Position numbers and translations under genes: made by a program
Notes under the pieces: generated by a model
Database searches by the model: none
What the model saw: only the letters and a program-made list of their open reading frames with translations
What the model was told of the DNA's origin: nothing
Origin: Chloroflexota bacterium
Lineage (GTDB): Bacteria; Chloroflexota; Dehalococcoidia; DSTF01; RBG-16-68-14
Direction of reading: 5' to 3'
DNA: 64,000 nucleotides
Assembly (NCBI GenBank): GCA_003228685.1
Contig: QIFC01000116.1
Location: forward strand, 9,800-73,799
Shown: one piece after another, positions 35,322 to 43,170 of the stretch
Position numbering within the stretch: the stretch's first letter is position 1
Layout: each line of letters begins with the position of its first letter

Positions 35322-36656
35322 ATGAGCGAACCTGACATCAACTGGGACGAGGTGATCGAGGAAGCCACCGGCATCCTCTCCCGCTACCTCACGATCGACA
35401 CGACGAACCCGCCCGGCAACGAGGAGCCGGCCGTCCGCTTCCTGGAAGAGATCTTCCGCAAGAACGACATCGACGACATCACGTTCTACGACGCCTCTGA
35501 CGAGGTGTCCAAGGGCCGCCTCAACATGCTCGTCCGGCTGCCCGGCGACGGCTCGGCCAAGCCGATTGTGCTGCTCAACCACACGGACGTGGTGCCCGTC
35601 GAGCGCTCAGGCTGGGACGAGGACCCGTTCTCAGGGCTCGTCAAGGACGGCATCATCTGGGGCCGCGGCGCCGTCGACATGAAGGGCATGGGCGTCATCG
35701 AGATGATCGCCATGCTGCTGATCAAGCGGCTCGGCATTCGCCTCAAGCGCGACATCGTCTTCCTGGCGGTCGCCGACGAAGAGGCCGGCAGCGAATACGG
35801 CGCGGAGTTCCTCGCCCGCGAGCACCCAGAGGTGCTGGACGCCGAGTACGTCCTGAACGAAGGCGGCTGGGGTACGACGCAAGTGATGGGCGTCGACCGG
35901 CCGTCGTTTAGTTGCGCCGTCAGCGAAAAGGGCCCCTGCTGGCTCAAGCTCAGCACCGAAGGCCGCCCCGGGCACGGCTCCGTGCCGCACGGCGACAACG
36001 CGCTCGATAGGCTGCTGCGCGCGCTCCAGCGGATCCAGGAGTGGGACCGCCCGCACACCGTGGTGCCGGAGCTAGCCGCCTACTTCTCGGAAGCCCACCG
36101 CGCCGGCTATCTGAAGGACGAGCCGACCGACGCTTCGATCTTGGAGATGGCCGAAAGCAACCTGCTCTACAGCGCCCTGACGACGAACACCATCAGCCTC
36201 ACGACGGTCAACGCCGGCGTGAAGCACAACGTCATCCCGGCCACCGCGGAAGCGACGATCGATTGCCGGCTGCTGCCGGGAACCGACGCCGAAGCGTTCA
36301 TCGAGGAGGTGCGCGCCGTCATCGACGACCCGCAGGTCACGATCGAGCGCGCCCTCGTCAGCAACACGCCGCCGTCGCCGATCGATACGGAGCTGATGGA
36401 CGTGATCAAGCAGGTCACCCGCGAACACGTCGAGGACGCCGCTGTCCTGCCGAGCGTCTCGACCGGCTTCACGGACTCGCGCGTCTTCCGCAACGCGGGC
36501 GTCACGGCCTACGGCTTCATTCCCGTGCTGCAGGACCTGTCGGAGGCGGTCACGATCCACGGGCACAACGAACGCATCTCGATCGAGAACCTGCGCCTCG
36601 GCTGCCAGATGATGTTCGAGATCGCCCGGCGCATCGCGCGCCGAATCAGCTCCTAA
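35322..36656 (+). CDS. M20-family metallopeptidase (ArgE/DapE/CPG2-like)
   Basis: LLNHTDVVP, RGAVDMKG, VADEEAGS and NEGG motifs in the canonical order. Confidence 0.8.
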   Translation: MSEPDINWDEVIEEATGILSRYLTIDTTNPPGNEEPAVRFLEEIFRKNDIDDITFYDASDEVSKGRLNMLVRLPGDGSAKPIVLLNHTDVVPVERSGWDEDPFSGLVKDGIIWGRGAVDMKGMGVIEMIAMLLIKRLGIRLKRDIVFLAVADEEAGSEYGAEFLAREHPEVLDAEYVLNEGGWGTTQVMGVDRPSFSCAVSEKGPCWLKLSTEGRPGHGSVPHGDNALDRLLRALQRIQEWDRPHTVVPELAAYFSEAHRAGYLKDEPTDASILEMAESNLLYSALTTNTISLTTVNAGVKHNVIPATAEATIDCRLLPGTDAEAFIEEVRAVIDDPQVTIERALVSNTPPSPIDTELMDVIKQVTREHVEDAAVLPSVSTGFTDSRVFRNAGVTAYGFIPVLQDLSEAVTIHGHNERISIENLRLGCQMMFEIARRIARRISS

Positions 36657-36751
36657 CGGCACATCAGCACCGAACGGCCCTTCGGCCCTATCGGCGCGCC
36701 GAGAATCCTGGTACGATCTGCCCGGATCGAATCAATTCGAGGAGGAATCAG

Positions 36752-37501
36752 ATGAACGCTAATGACATTGAGCTGATTGGCATCATGGGTGGCGGGGTGA
36801 TGGGCGGCGGGATCGCGCAGAGCTGCATTGTCGGCGGGTTTCACGTCACCATCCGCGACCTGAACGACGAACTGAACGAGAAGACGCGCGAGACGATGAT
36901 CGAAGGCCGGTTCGGCCTGCGCGGCGCCGTCGAACGGGGGAAGCTCACACAGGAAGGGTTGGATGAGGCGCTCGGGAACCTCTCGTTCACGACGAACGTG
37001 GAGGACCTGCGCGACGCCGACCTGATCATCGAGGCGGTGCCTGAGGGACGCGAACTCAAGAAGAAGGTCTTCGCCGAACTGGACGGCGTGATCAAGCCGG
37101 AAGCGGTCTTCGCTACGAACACCTCCGGGTTCTCGATCTCCGACCTGAACGAAGCCGTCTCGCGCAAGGCGCAGTTCATCGGCATGCACTTCTTCAGTCC
37201 AGCCTTCGTGATGCGGCTGATCGAGATCGTCTACGCGCCGGAGACGAGCGAGGACACGATCAAGCTTCTGGAGGCCGTCGGCGAGAAGATGAAGAAAGAG
37301 ACCGTCCGCGTCAAGGACGCCCCGAACGCCTACGGCTTCGTCGCGAACCGCATCTACTTCGCGGCTGTCGCAGAAGCTCGCAAGGTGATGGACGAAGAGA
37401 TCGCTTCGGTAGACGACATCAACAAAGCGATGCGCTTTGGCTTCAACTGGCCGGCCGGGCCCCTGGAGATGATCACCGGCGCCCGAAAGGGGTGGCAGTA
37501 A
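36752..37501 (+). CDS. 3-hydroxyacyl-CoA dehydrogenase family protein, short C-terminus
   Basis: Start re-picked at ATG 36752 (GGAGG upstream). IGIMGGGVMGGGIA Rossmann motif, FATNTSGFSI, HFFSPA. Ends at ..GPLEMITGARKGWQ, roughly 40 aa earlier than typical family members. Confidence 0.75.
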   Translation: MNANDIELIGIMGGGVMGGGIAQSCIVGGFHVTIRDLNDELNEKTRETMIEGRFGLRGAVERGKLTQEGLDEALGNLSFTTNVEDLRDADLIIEAVPEGRELKKKVFAELDGVIKPEAVFATNTSGFSISDLNEAVSRKAQFIGMHFFSPAFVMRLIEIVYAPETSEDTIKLLEAVGEKMKKETVRVKDAPNAYGFVANRIYFAAVAEARKVMDEEIASVDDINKAMRFGFNWPAGPLEMITGARKGWQ

Positions 37502-37539
37502 GAGATTCGCAGGAGCTGCTGAAGCTGATAACGGTTGTG

Positions 37540-37557
37540 AGCGAAAGTACTTTCGCT
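37540..37557 (+). terminator. terminator-like hairpin after the dehydrogenase gene
   Basis: AGCGAAAG-TA-CTTTCGCT palindrome, followed by TATGTTGT. Confidence 0.45.
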
Positions 37558-37573
37558 TATGTTGTCTAGCCGA

Positions 37574-37602
37574 TTGACAACTCGATCTACCAGGCGTATT
37601 CT
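37574..37602 (+). promoter_or_regulatory. sigma-70-type promoter for the riboswitch leader
   Basis: TTGACA, 17 nt, TATTCT. The same hexamer pair and spacing occur at 45115-45143. Confidence 0.55.
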
Positions 37603-37624
37603 AGATCCTGCAAACAGCTTCAGA

Positions 37625-37780
37625 CCCTGCTTGCCTAATCCTGTGCGAGCACTGCTCGCGTCGGGAACGGGGGACCCAAGTAAACTGGGGTGAATCTCTA
37701 AGCGGTCGAAGACCGCCGAGGGAGGGCCAGTTCCTTCAGGCCTAACCCGGCAGCTAACCTCGTAGGCATCTGGAGGAGGT
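37625..37780 (+). promoter_or_regulatory. ydaO/yuaA-class (c-di-AMP) riboswitch
   Basis: Ordered conserved blocks UAAUC, GAGC..GCUC, ACGGGGGACCCA, GGGGUGAAUC, GCCGAGGGAGG, AACCCGGCAGCUAACCUCGUAGGC. The closing helix is TGCCTA (37632-37637) with TAGGCA (37763-37768). Confidence 0.8.
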
Positions 37781-37913
37781 GACACGTAGCGCGTACGGGC
37801 CGCATCGCCGGCGGTGTACGATTCTCGCCTGCGGCTGGCGACCGCCAATACAGAACAACACGTCAACCGGCAACACAAGAACAACGCCTTGTCGTCCACA
37901 AGGAGGTGCACGC

Positions 37914-38372
37914 GTGGCAAAGCTAGAGACCGAGGTACACGTCAGAAGGTCCCGCACGAAGTTCAAGGGACTGCTGATCACCGCCGACCCATCGCTGGCG
38001 CGCGCGTTCCGGCGAGAGCTGACCAACTGCGCAGATTGCTCGATCTCGTTTGAACTTCAGGCGAATTTCGACGAAGCGTGCCGGGCGGGTGGCGGGCCTT
38101 ACTTGTGTGTCACGATCGATTTGGACGGAGCTGTCGCGCCGAAAGAAGCCGTGCGACTAGCCCGCAGCGCGTGGCCGCTCGCACGAATCGCCGTGCTCAG
38201 CTTCTGGTGGAGCGAGCAGGCAGACGCCGCGATGGATCAGGCCGACGTCATCATTCACAAACCGCTCCGGGCTGCCGAACTACGCGCGTTCCTGAGATCA
38301 CCCACCGGAGCGCCCAAGATCGAACACGTGTCCACAGTCGAAGAGCAGCACGTCGTCGCCGCAAGCCGGTAG
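37914..38372 (+). CDS. stand-alone response-regulator receiver (REC) domain protein
   Basis: Start re-picked at GTG 37914 (AAGGAGG 7 nt upstream). By-eye CheY alignment: LLITAD (D13), CVTIDLDG (D57), AVLSF (T/S87), IIHKP (K109). Confidence 0.6.
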   Translation: MAKLETEVHVRRSRTKFKGLLITADPSLARAFRRELTNCADCSISFELQANFDEACRAGGGPYLCVTIDLDGAVAPKEAVRLARSAWPLARIAVLSFWWSEQADAAMDQADVIIHKPLRAAELRAFLRSPTGAPKIEHVSTVEEQHVVAASR

Positions 38373-38381
38373 CATCGACGC

Positions 38382-39062
38382 TTAGGCGACGGGGCGGATA
38401 CCGTTCTTCAAACTGTCGCGTTCGTGCCAGCCTTCCTTCGCCGCGATCAGCGGCACGAAGCGGCATTCGCCCAGCTTCTCCAACGCAACACCGGCCGGCG
38501 ACTTCGTCACACGAACGAGTTGCTGCATCTTCCGGTCCCCTACCGGCACGACCAGCCTGCCACCTTGCCCTAGCTGGCCGATGAGCGACCGCGGGACGTT
38601 CGGCGCACCGGCCGTGACGATAATCGCGTCGAACGGCGCCTCCTCTGCCAACCCCAACTCCTCGCCCGCCTGAAGCACTCGCACGTTCGCGCAGCCTAGC
38701 TCGTCGAGCCGGTGTGCCGCCGCCCGCGCAAGGTCTGGCAACCTCTCTACGCTGACAACCTCACGCGCCAGCTTCGACAGGATGGCGGCCTGGTAGCCCG
38801 AACCGGTGCCGACCTCGAGCACTTTTTCATCGCCCGTGAGCTTGAGTGCCTGAGTCATGATCGCGACCATGAGCGGCTGTGAGATCGTCTGGTCGCGCGC
38901 GATCGGCAGAGCCCTGTCCTCGTATGCATGGCGGCGCAACTGCTCTGGGATGAAGTGTTCGCGCGGGACGCCGCCGATCGCGGCGAGCACGCGAGCATCC
39001 GTAATCTCACCACGCAGCGAGCGCACGAGCGCCTCGCGGGCCAGTTGGAAATCAATGGTCAT
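38382..39062 (-). CDS. pcm: protein-L-isoaspartate O-methyltransferase
   Basis: TISQP.MVA.M, VLEVGTGSGYQAA.L, GGRLV.PVG. Confidence 0.85.
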   Translation of the reverse strand: MTIDFQLAREALVRSLRGEITDARVLAAIGGVPREHFIPEQLRRHAYEDRALPIARDQTISQPLMVAIMTQALKLTGDEKVLEVGTGSGYQAAILSKLAREVVSVERLPDLARAAAHRLDELGCANVRVLQAGEELGLAEEAPFDAIIVTAGAPNVPRSLIGQLGQGGRLVVPVGDRKMQQLVRVTKSPAGVALEKLGECRFVPLIAAKEGWHERDSLKNGIRPVA

Positions 39063-39074
39063 AGGAGCGCTTCG

Positions 39075-39416
39075 CTAGGACGTTGAAGCTCTGGCCAACT
39101 CCGGATCGATCGCCGTGAAGGAACGTTCGACGTGCGAACCTTGTTCGATACGCTGCATGATCTCGGCCCGGACGGTCAGCACATGCTGCGTGTTCGCAGC
39201 CTGATCCGCTTCCTCTTCGGAGTTCCAAACTGTGATCCGCCCAACGCGGCCTCGTGGATCGCCCTCCAACAGCGCATACCCGCGGACGTAGCCAGGCTTG
39301 CCGATAAAGAACGTGAGCAGATTGTCCATCAGTCCCGCCACAAGCTCTTCCGAGCCCTGCTTGGCATTCATGAGCGAGATCCTGACGTAAAAGGTAGCTT
39401 CTGCAGGGTGATCCAT
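39075..39416 (-). CDS. ABM-domain (antibiotic biosynthesis monooxygenase-like) protein
   Basis: Start re-picked at ATG 39416 (GGAGGG upstream). 113-aa ferredoxin-like pattern with ITVWNSEEEA. Confidence 0.5.
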   Translation of the reverse strand: MDHPAEATFYVRISLMNAKQGSEELVAGLMDNLLTFFIGKPGYVRGYALLEGDPRGRVGRITVWNSEEEADQAANTQHVLTVRAEIMQRIEQGSHVERSFTAIDPELARASTS

Positions 39417-39490
39417 GGCGCCCTCCTTTGTACCCGTTAATGGTATCACGGCAGCGGGCCGCTGGGCAGCGGGCCGCTCGGTAGCGGGGC

Positions 39491-40519
39491 CTAGATAGCG
39501 GCAGCTAGCTTCCAGAAGAGGCGCTGAAGCTGAGTAGCCAGATCCGTGGGCAGCCGCGCGACGGAATCCTCCCGCGCCAGATCGGCCAGATCGCCTTGGG
39601 GATCCTGCACTCGCGTCACCAACTGCCAGGCGCCCAGCGCATGGAGCGCCTTCCAATAAGCCAAGCGATGATCATCAATTGGGTGCAGGCGGCGATACGA
39701 CCGCAAATACTGCCACTGTAGGTAGCCACGCGCGGCGCGCAGCGCGATGCGCTCCAGCGCATTTTCCGCGATGATCGGCGCGATCCAGAAGACGAGTAGC
39801 GAACGCGCGACGTCAAAGTGCCGGTCGCCCAGCGCGGCGTCCGACCAGTCCAAGACGTTCGCCGCGCCTGACTCGTCGGCCAGGATGTTGAGCGGATGAA
39901 AGTCGCCGTGGCAGAGCACCACTTCTTCCATCGCCACAGTGGCCTTGTTTTGCTCCAGCCACTCCAGCGCCCGCGCCTGATCCGCGTCGCCGGTGTGATC
40001 GCCGCGCAGCTCAACAAGCTTGCGCTCCACCAGCGGCGCGCCGCGTTCCAACGGGCAGTCTGCCGTCGGCAAGGCGTGCAGGGCCACCTGCAGGTCGGCC
40101 ATCTGCCGTAGCAAGCGGCCAACCGCGAGCGGGCTTGCCGTCACGATGTCGAGCATCGGCTTGCCGTCCACGCGCGGCATCACCATGATGGGCAGACCGA
40201 ACTCGGCCGCCTGGCGGTCGAACAGCAGCGGCTCGACCGCGGGATAACCCTGCGACGCGGCGAACGATTGCACGTCCGCCTCCTTCTGAGCCTTCTCCGC
40301 CTGATCCTCGGACGTGTAGAGGCGCAGCACGAGCGGCGCGCTCCATTGGGGACCCAGCCCATCCGCGTTTAGGTGGAATGAGTAGATGCGTGTATCCATC
40401 CCGCGGCCCAATGGCGTCGGAGGTTCCAAGTATATGATGCCGGAGACATGGAGCTTATCCGCTACGTACTGGCGCAGGGCATCCGCTACTTCGGCTGGGT
40501 TTGCGGGATTGACCGCCAT
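39491..40519 (-). CDS. aminoglycoside/choline-kinase-type phosphotransferase (APH family)
   Basis: Start re-picked at ATG 40519. Catalytic loop LCHGDFHPLNIL and VLDWSDAALGDRHFD. Confidence 0.7.
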   Translation of the reverse strand: MAVNPANPAEVADALRQYVADKLHVSGIIYLEPPTPLGRGMDTRIYSFHLNADGLGPQWSAPLVLRLYTSEDQAEKAQKEADVQSFAASQGYPAVEPLLFDRQAAEFGLPIMVMPRVDGKPMLDIVTASPLAVGRLLRQMADLQVALHALPTADCPLERGAPLVERKLVELRGDHTGDADQARALEWLEQNKATVAMEEVVLCHGDFHPLNILADESGAANVLDWSDAALGDRHFDVARSLLVFWIAPIIAENALERIALRAARGYLQWQYLRSYRRLHPIDDHRLAYWKALHALGAWQLVTRVQDPQGDLADLAREDSVARLPTDLATQLQRLFWKLAAAI

Positions 40520-40523
40520 CAGT

Positions 40524-41378
40524 CTAGGCTCCTTCCGGCGCGGCCAGCGCGTCCCAGGCCGCGAAGCCAAGCTTGCCGAGCAGCACGTTGCCCTCGGATT
40601 CTCGCCCGGTACCGCCCGGCCCGGTGCCACCTTCGCAGAAGGCCGCCATCACGAAGTAGCCCCGCTCGCCATGGAAGACCGAGCCCCCTGTGCGGATGCC
40701 GCCGGGCGACGCACCACCCTTCTCGGCAACCCAGTTCTGCTGGTAGTTGGGAAGCGTGTTCATCTCGCTCCACGGCAGCTTGCCCGACAGCTCGTGGCGA
40801 TAGTCCTGGCGTCGCAGGATACGCAGCATGTCCTCGGAAGCCTCCGTTGACACCGCTTCGTGCCGCGCGAGCAGCTCCAGGTTACGCGCCATCTCCGCCG
40901 CCGTACTCACCCACGTCTTGCGGACGTCCAGCCCCACGAGCTTCTCGCTCCAGCGCTCGAAGATGGTCGTCTGTTCCATGCCCATGCGGCGCTGCTGCTC
41001 GTTGATGAAGTCATGACCCACGAGATCAGCCACCATGTTCGTCGCGACGTTGTCGGAGATGATGATCATGAGAACGGCGGCGTCGCGCACGGACATCTCG
41101 ACGCCAGACGACATTCGCTGGAGGACGCCCGAACCGGGAAAGCGATGTTCATCGCCGAACGTGATCCGATCATCGAGCGCGATGCGTCCGTCTTCGACGG
41201 CCTGATATAGCGCGATGAGGACCGGCACCTTGATCAAGGACGCCGCCGGCATCACGTCGTTTTCGTCGTACCCGATACGCTCGCCCGAACCGATGTCGGT
41301 CAGCGCGTACGTCCACTTGCCCGTATACGTCTCGCCGATCCGGCGTAGCTCTTCATCGAGTGCGGCTGGTTTGCTCAT
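40524..41378 (-). CDS. class A beta-lactamase-related serine hydrolase
   Basis: SLIK (SxxK) and SDN motifs. The third motif reads RTG instead of KTG. Confidence 0.55.
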   Translation of the reverse strand: MSKPAALDEELRRIGETYTGKWTYALTDIGSGERIGYDENDVMPAASLIKVPVLIALYQAVEDGRIALDDRITFGDEHRFPGSGVLQRMSSGVEMSVRDAAVLMIIISDNVATNMVADLVGHDFINEQQRRMGMEQTTIFERWSEKLVGLDVRKTWVSTAAEMARNLELLARHEAVSTEASEDMLRILRRQDYRHELSGKLPWSEMNTLPNYQQNWVAEKGGASPGGIRTGGSVFHGERGYFVMAAFCEGGTGPGGTGRESEGNVLLGKLGFAAWDALAAPEGA

Positions 41379-41418
41379 GTCAGAGTGACTATCGTAACAG
41401 GTTGAGCGAGCGCGGATA

Positions 41419-42195
41419 CTACTTGCGAGGCTCCCAGGAGAAGTAGCGCAGCGATACGAGCACGCCGAGGACGCCCCAGGCGGCGATCACTGCCAGCGCG
41501 CCCCACTCGAAGCCGGCGCCGGTCTCGAACGGGTTGAACGCGGTTCCCAGCGCTTCGGAGAAGTGCTTCACGGGGAAGATCGCGCCGAACGTCTGTAGCC
41601 AGTCGGGCGCGTCCTGCAGCGGAATGAAGATGTCCGATATGAACAGCAGCGGCAGGATCGAGCCGTTGACGACAGCCGGCGCGGCGTCCGCGTTGCTGAT
41701 CAGGCCCGTCATCGCCAGCCCCAGCGCGCAGAACGAAGCGGCGCCGATCACTAGCGTCACGATGAACGCGGGCATCGTGTTCGTCGGGACGTCCACGTCG
41801 TAGAAGATGGCCCCGACCGCGACGACGATCGCGACCAGCAGCACGGCCACGAGCGTCGCGTGGACGATCTTGCCGAAGAGAAACGCCCAGGAGGGCAGCG
41901 GCGTACCGCGCGTTCGCTTGAGCAGGCCGTTATCGCGCGCGATCGACACCATCATGGCGATATTCGTATAGCAGGCGCTGATCACGGCGAGCGCGGCGAT
42001 GCCCGGCACGTAGAACGTGCTGCCGCTGACCTCACCCACAAACCCACGGTCGATCAGATCGTCGCCGAAGAGCAGGTTGAAGATCACGAGAAACATCAGC
42101 GGCAGCGCGACCGTGAAGAAGACGGCCGGCGGGTTGCGCCAGAACGTGCGGTTCTCGTAGACCACTTGCCGCAGCGCGAGCCGAACGTCGTTCAC
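41419..42195 (-). CDS. ABC-2 type transporter permease
   Basis: Six TM helices. 4-nt overlap with the upstream ATPase gene. Confidence 0.75.
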   Translation of the reverse strand: MNDVRLALRQVVYENRTFWRNPPAVFFTVALPLMFLVIFNLLFGDDLIDRGFVGEVSGSTFYVPGIAALAVISACYTNIAMMVSIARDNGLLKRTRGTPLPSWAFLFGKIVHATLVAVLLVAIVVAVGAIFYDVDVPTNTMPAFIVTLVIGAASFCALGLAMTGLISNADAAPAVVNGSILPLLFISDIFIPLQDAPDWLQTFGAIFPVKHFSEALGTAFNPFETGAGFEWGALAVIAAWGVLGVLVSLRYFSWEPRK

Positions 42196-43133
42196 TGCTC
42201 GGCCTCCGGGCCCTCTTCAAGTTCCGGGTCGGCTGTGAGCTTCAGGTAGACGTCCTCAAGCGTCCACGGCGCGACGGTCAGGCCTTCGAGTTCGACCGAG
42301 TGCTCGGTGGCCCACGATGTCAGCGCGTATAGGAGCGCCGTCGGCCCGCTCGTCTCGATCACGATCCGTCCGTCGATCAGCGTGGCGAACTCGCTGACGG
42401 GGTACGGTGGCGGGCCGTCGCCGGGATCTTCGAACGAGATCGTGGTAATCGCCTCACGGCCGATCAGGTCGATCGGCGCGCCTTCGGCGACGATCTCGCC
42501 CCGCGCGATGATGGCGACGCGGTCGGCCAGGTACTGTGCCTCCTCCATGTAGTGCGTGGTGAGGAAGACGGTCTTGCCGGCGGCGTTGAGGCCCTTGATC
42601 ATCTCCCAGGCGTTGCGGCGCGCGGCCGGGTCGAAGCCCGTCGTCGGCTCGTCCAGGAAGAGTAGATCCGGGTCGCCCGCCAGCCCGATCGCGACGTCGA
42701 GGCGGCGTTGCTGGCCACTCGAAAGCCGCCGCACCAGGCTAGTGCGCTTCTCCTCCAGGCCGACCATCTCGATAATCTGATCGCGCGGGAGTGGGTGCGG
42801 GTAGTAGCCGCGGAACAGCTCGATTACTTCCTCAACCGTCAGGTAGCGCTCGACGCCCGTATCCTGCAGCACGATGCCGATGCGGTCCTTGAAGTCGCGC
42901 TCGTTCCGCTGCGGGTCGTGGCCCAGCACCGACACCTCGCCCGCTGTCCGCTCGCGATGCCCTTCCAGAATCTCGAGCGTCGTCGTCTTGCCGGCCCCGT
43001 TCGGCCCCAGCAGCGCAAACACTTCGCCTTGGCTGACGTGCAGGTCGATCCCGCGCACGGCCTCCAGGTCGCCGTACGACTTGCGGAGGTTGGTGACCGA
43101 AATGGCGGTGGCGGTTGCTGTCTCAGTTGTCAC
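42192..43133 (-). CDS. ABC transporter ATP-binding protein (DrrA-like)
   Basis: Walker A GPNGAGKTT, signature LSSGQQRR, Walker B LLFLDEPT. Confidence 0.85.
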   Translation of the reverse strand: MTTETATATAISVTNLRKSYGDLEAVRGIDLHVSQGEVFALLGPNGAGKTTTLEILEGHRERTAGEVSVLGHDPQRNERDFKDRIGIVLQDTGVERYLTVEEVIELFRGYYPHPLPRDQIIEMVGLEEKRTSLVRRLSSGQQRRLDVAIGLAGDPDLLFLDEPTTGFDPAARRNAWEMIKGLNAAGKTVFLTTHYMEEAQYLADRVAIIARGEIVAEGAPIDLIGREAITTISFEDPGDGPPPYPVSEFATLIDGRIVIETSGPTALLYALTSWATEHSVELEGLTVAPWTLEDVYLKLTADPELEEGPEAEQ

Positions 43134-43170
43134 GGCGCTTATGGTAGCACCGGCGGGAGGCGCGAGCCCC

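Noticed and set aside
36041-36751. Long N-terminal extension of the 3-hydroxyacyl-CoA dehydrogenase ORF (track ORF 36041..37501)
   Set aside because: The extension overlaps the M20 peptidase gene in another frame and encodes an Arg/Pro/Gly-rich string. A GGAGG plus ATG at 36752 precedes the Rossmann motif.
37779-37913. 45-codon N-terminal extension of the receiver-domain ORF, starting inside the riboswitch 3' flank
   Set aside because: The sequence is Arg/Thr/Pro-rich. The GGAGGAGG there abuts the GTG with too little spacing and probably belongs to the RNA element. A well-spaced AAGGAGG precedes GTG 37914.
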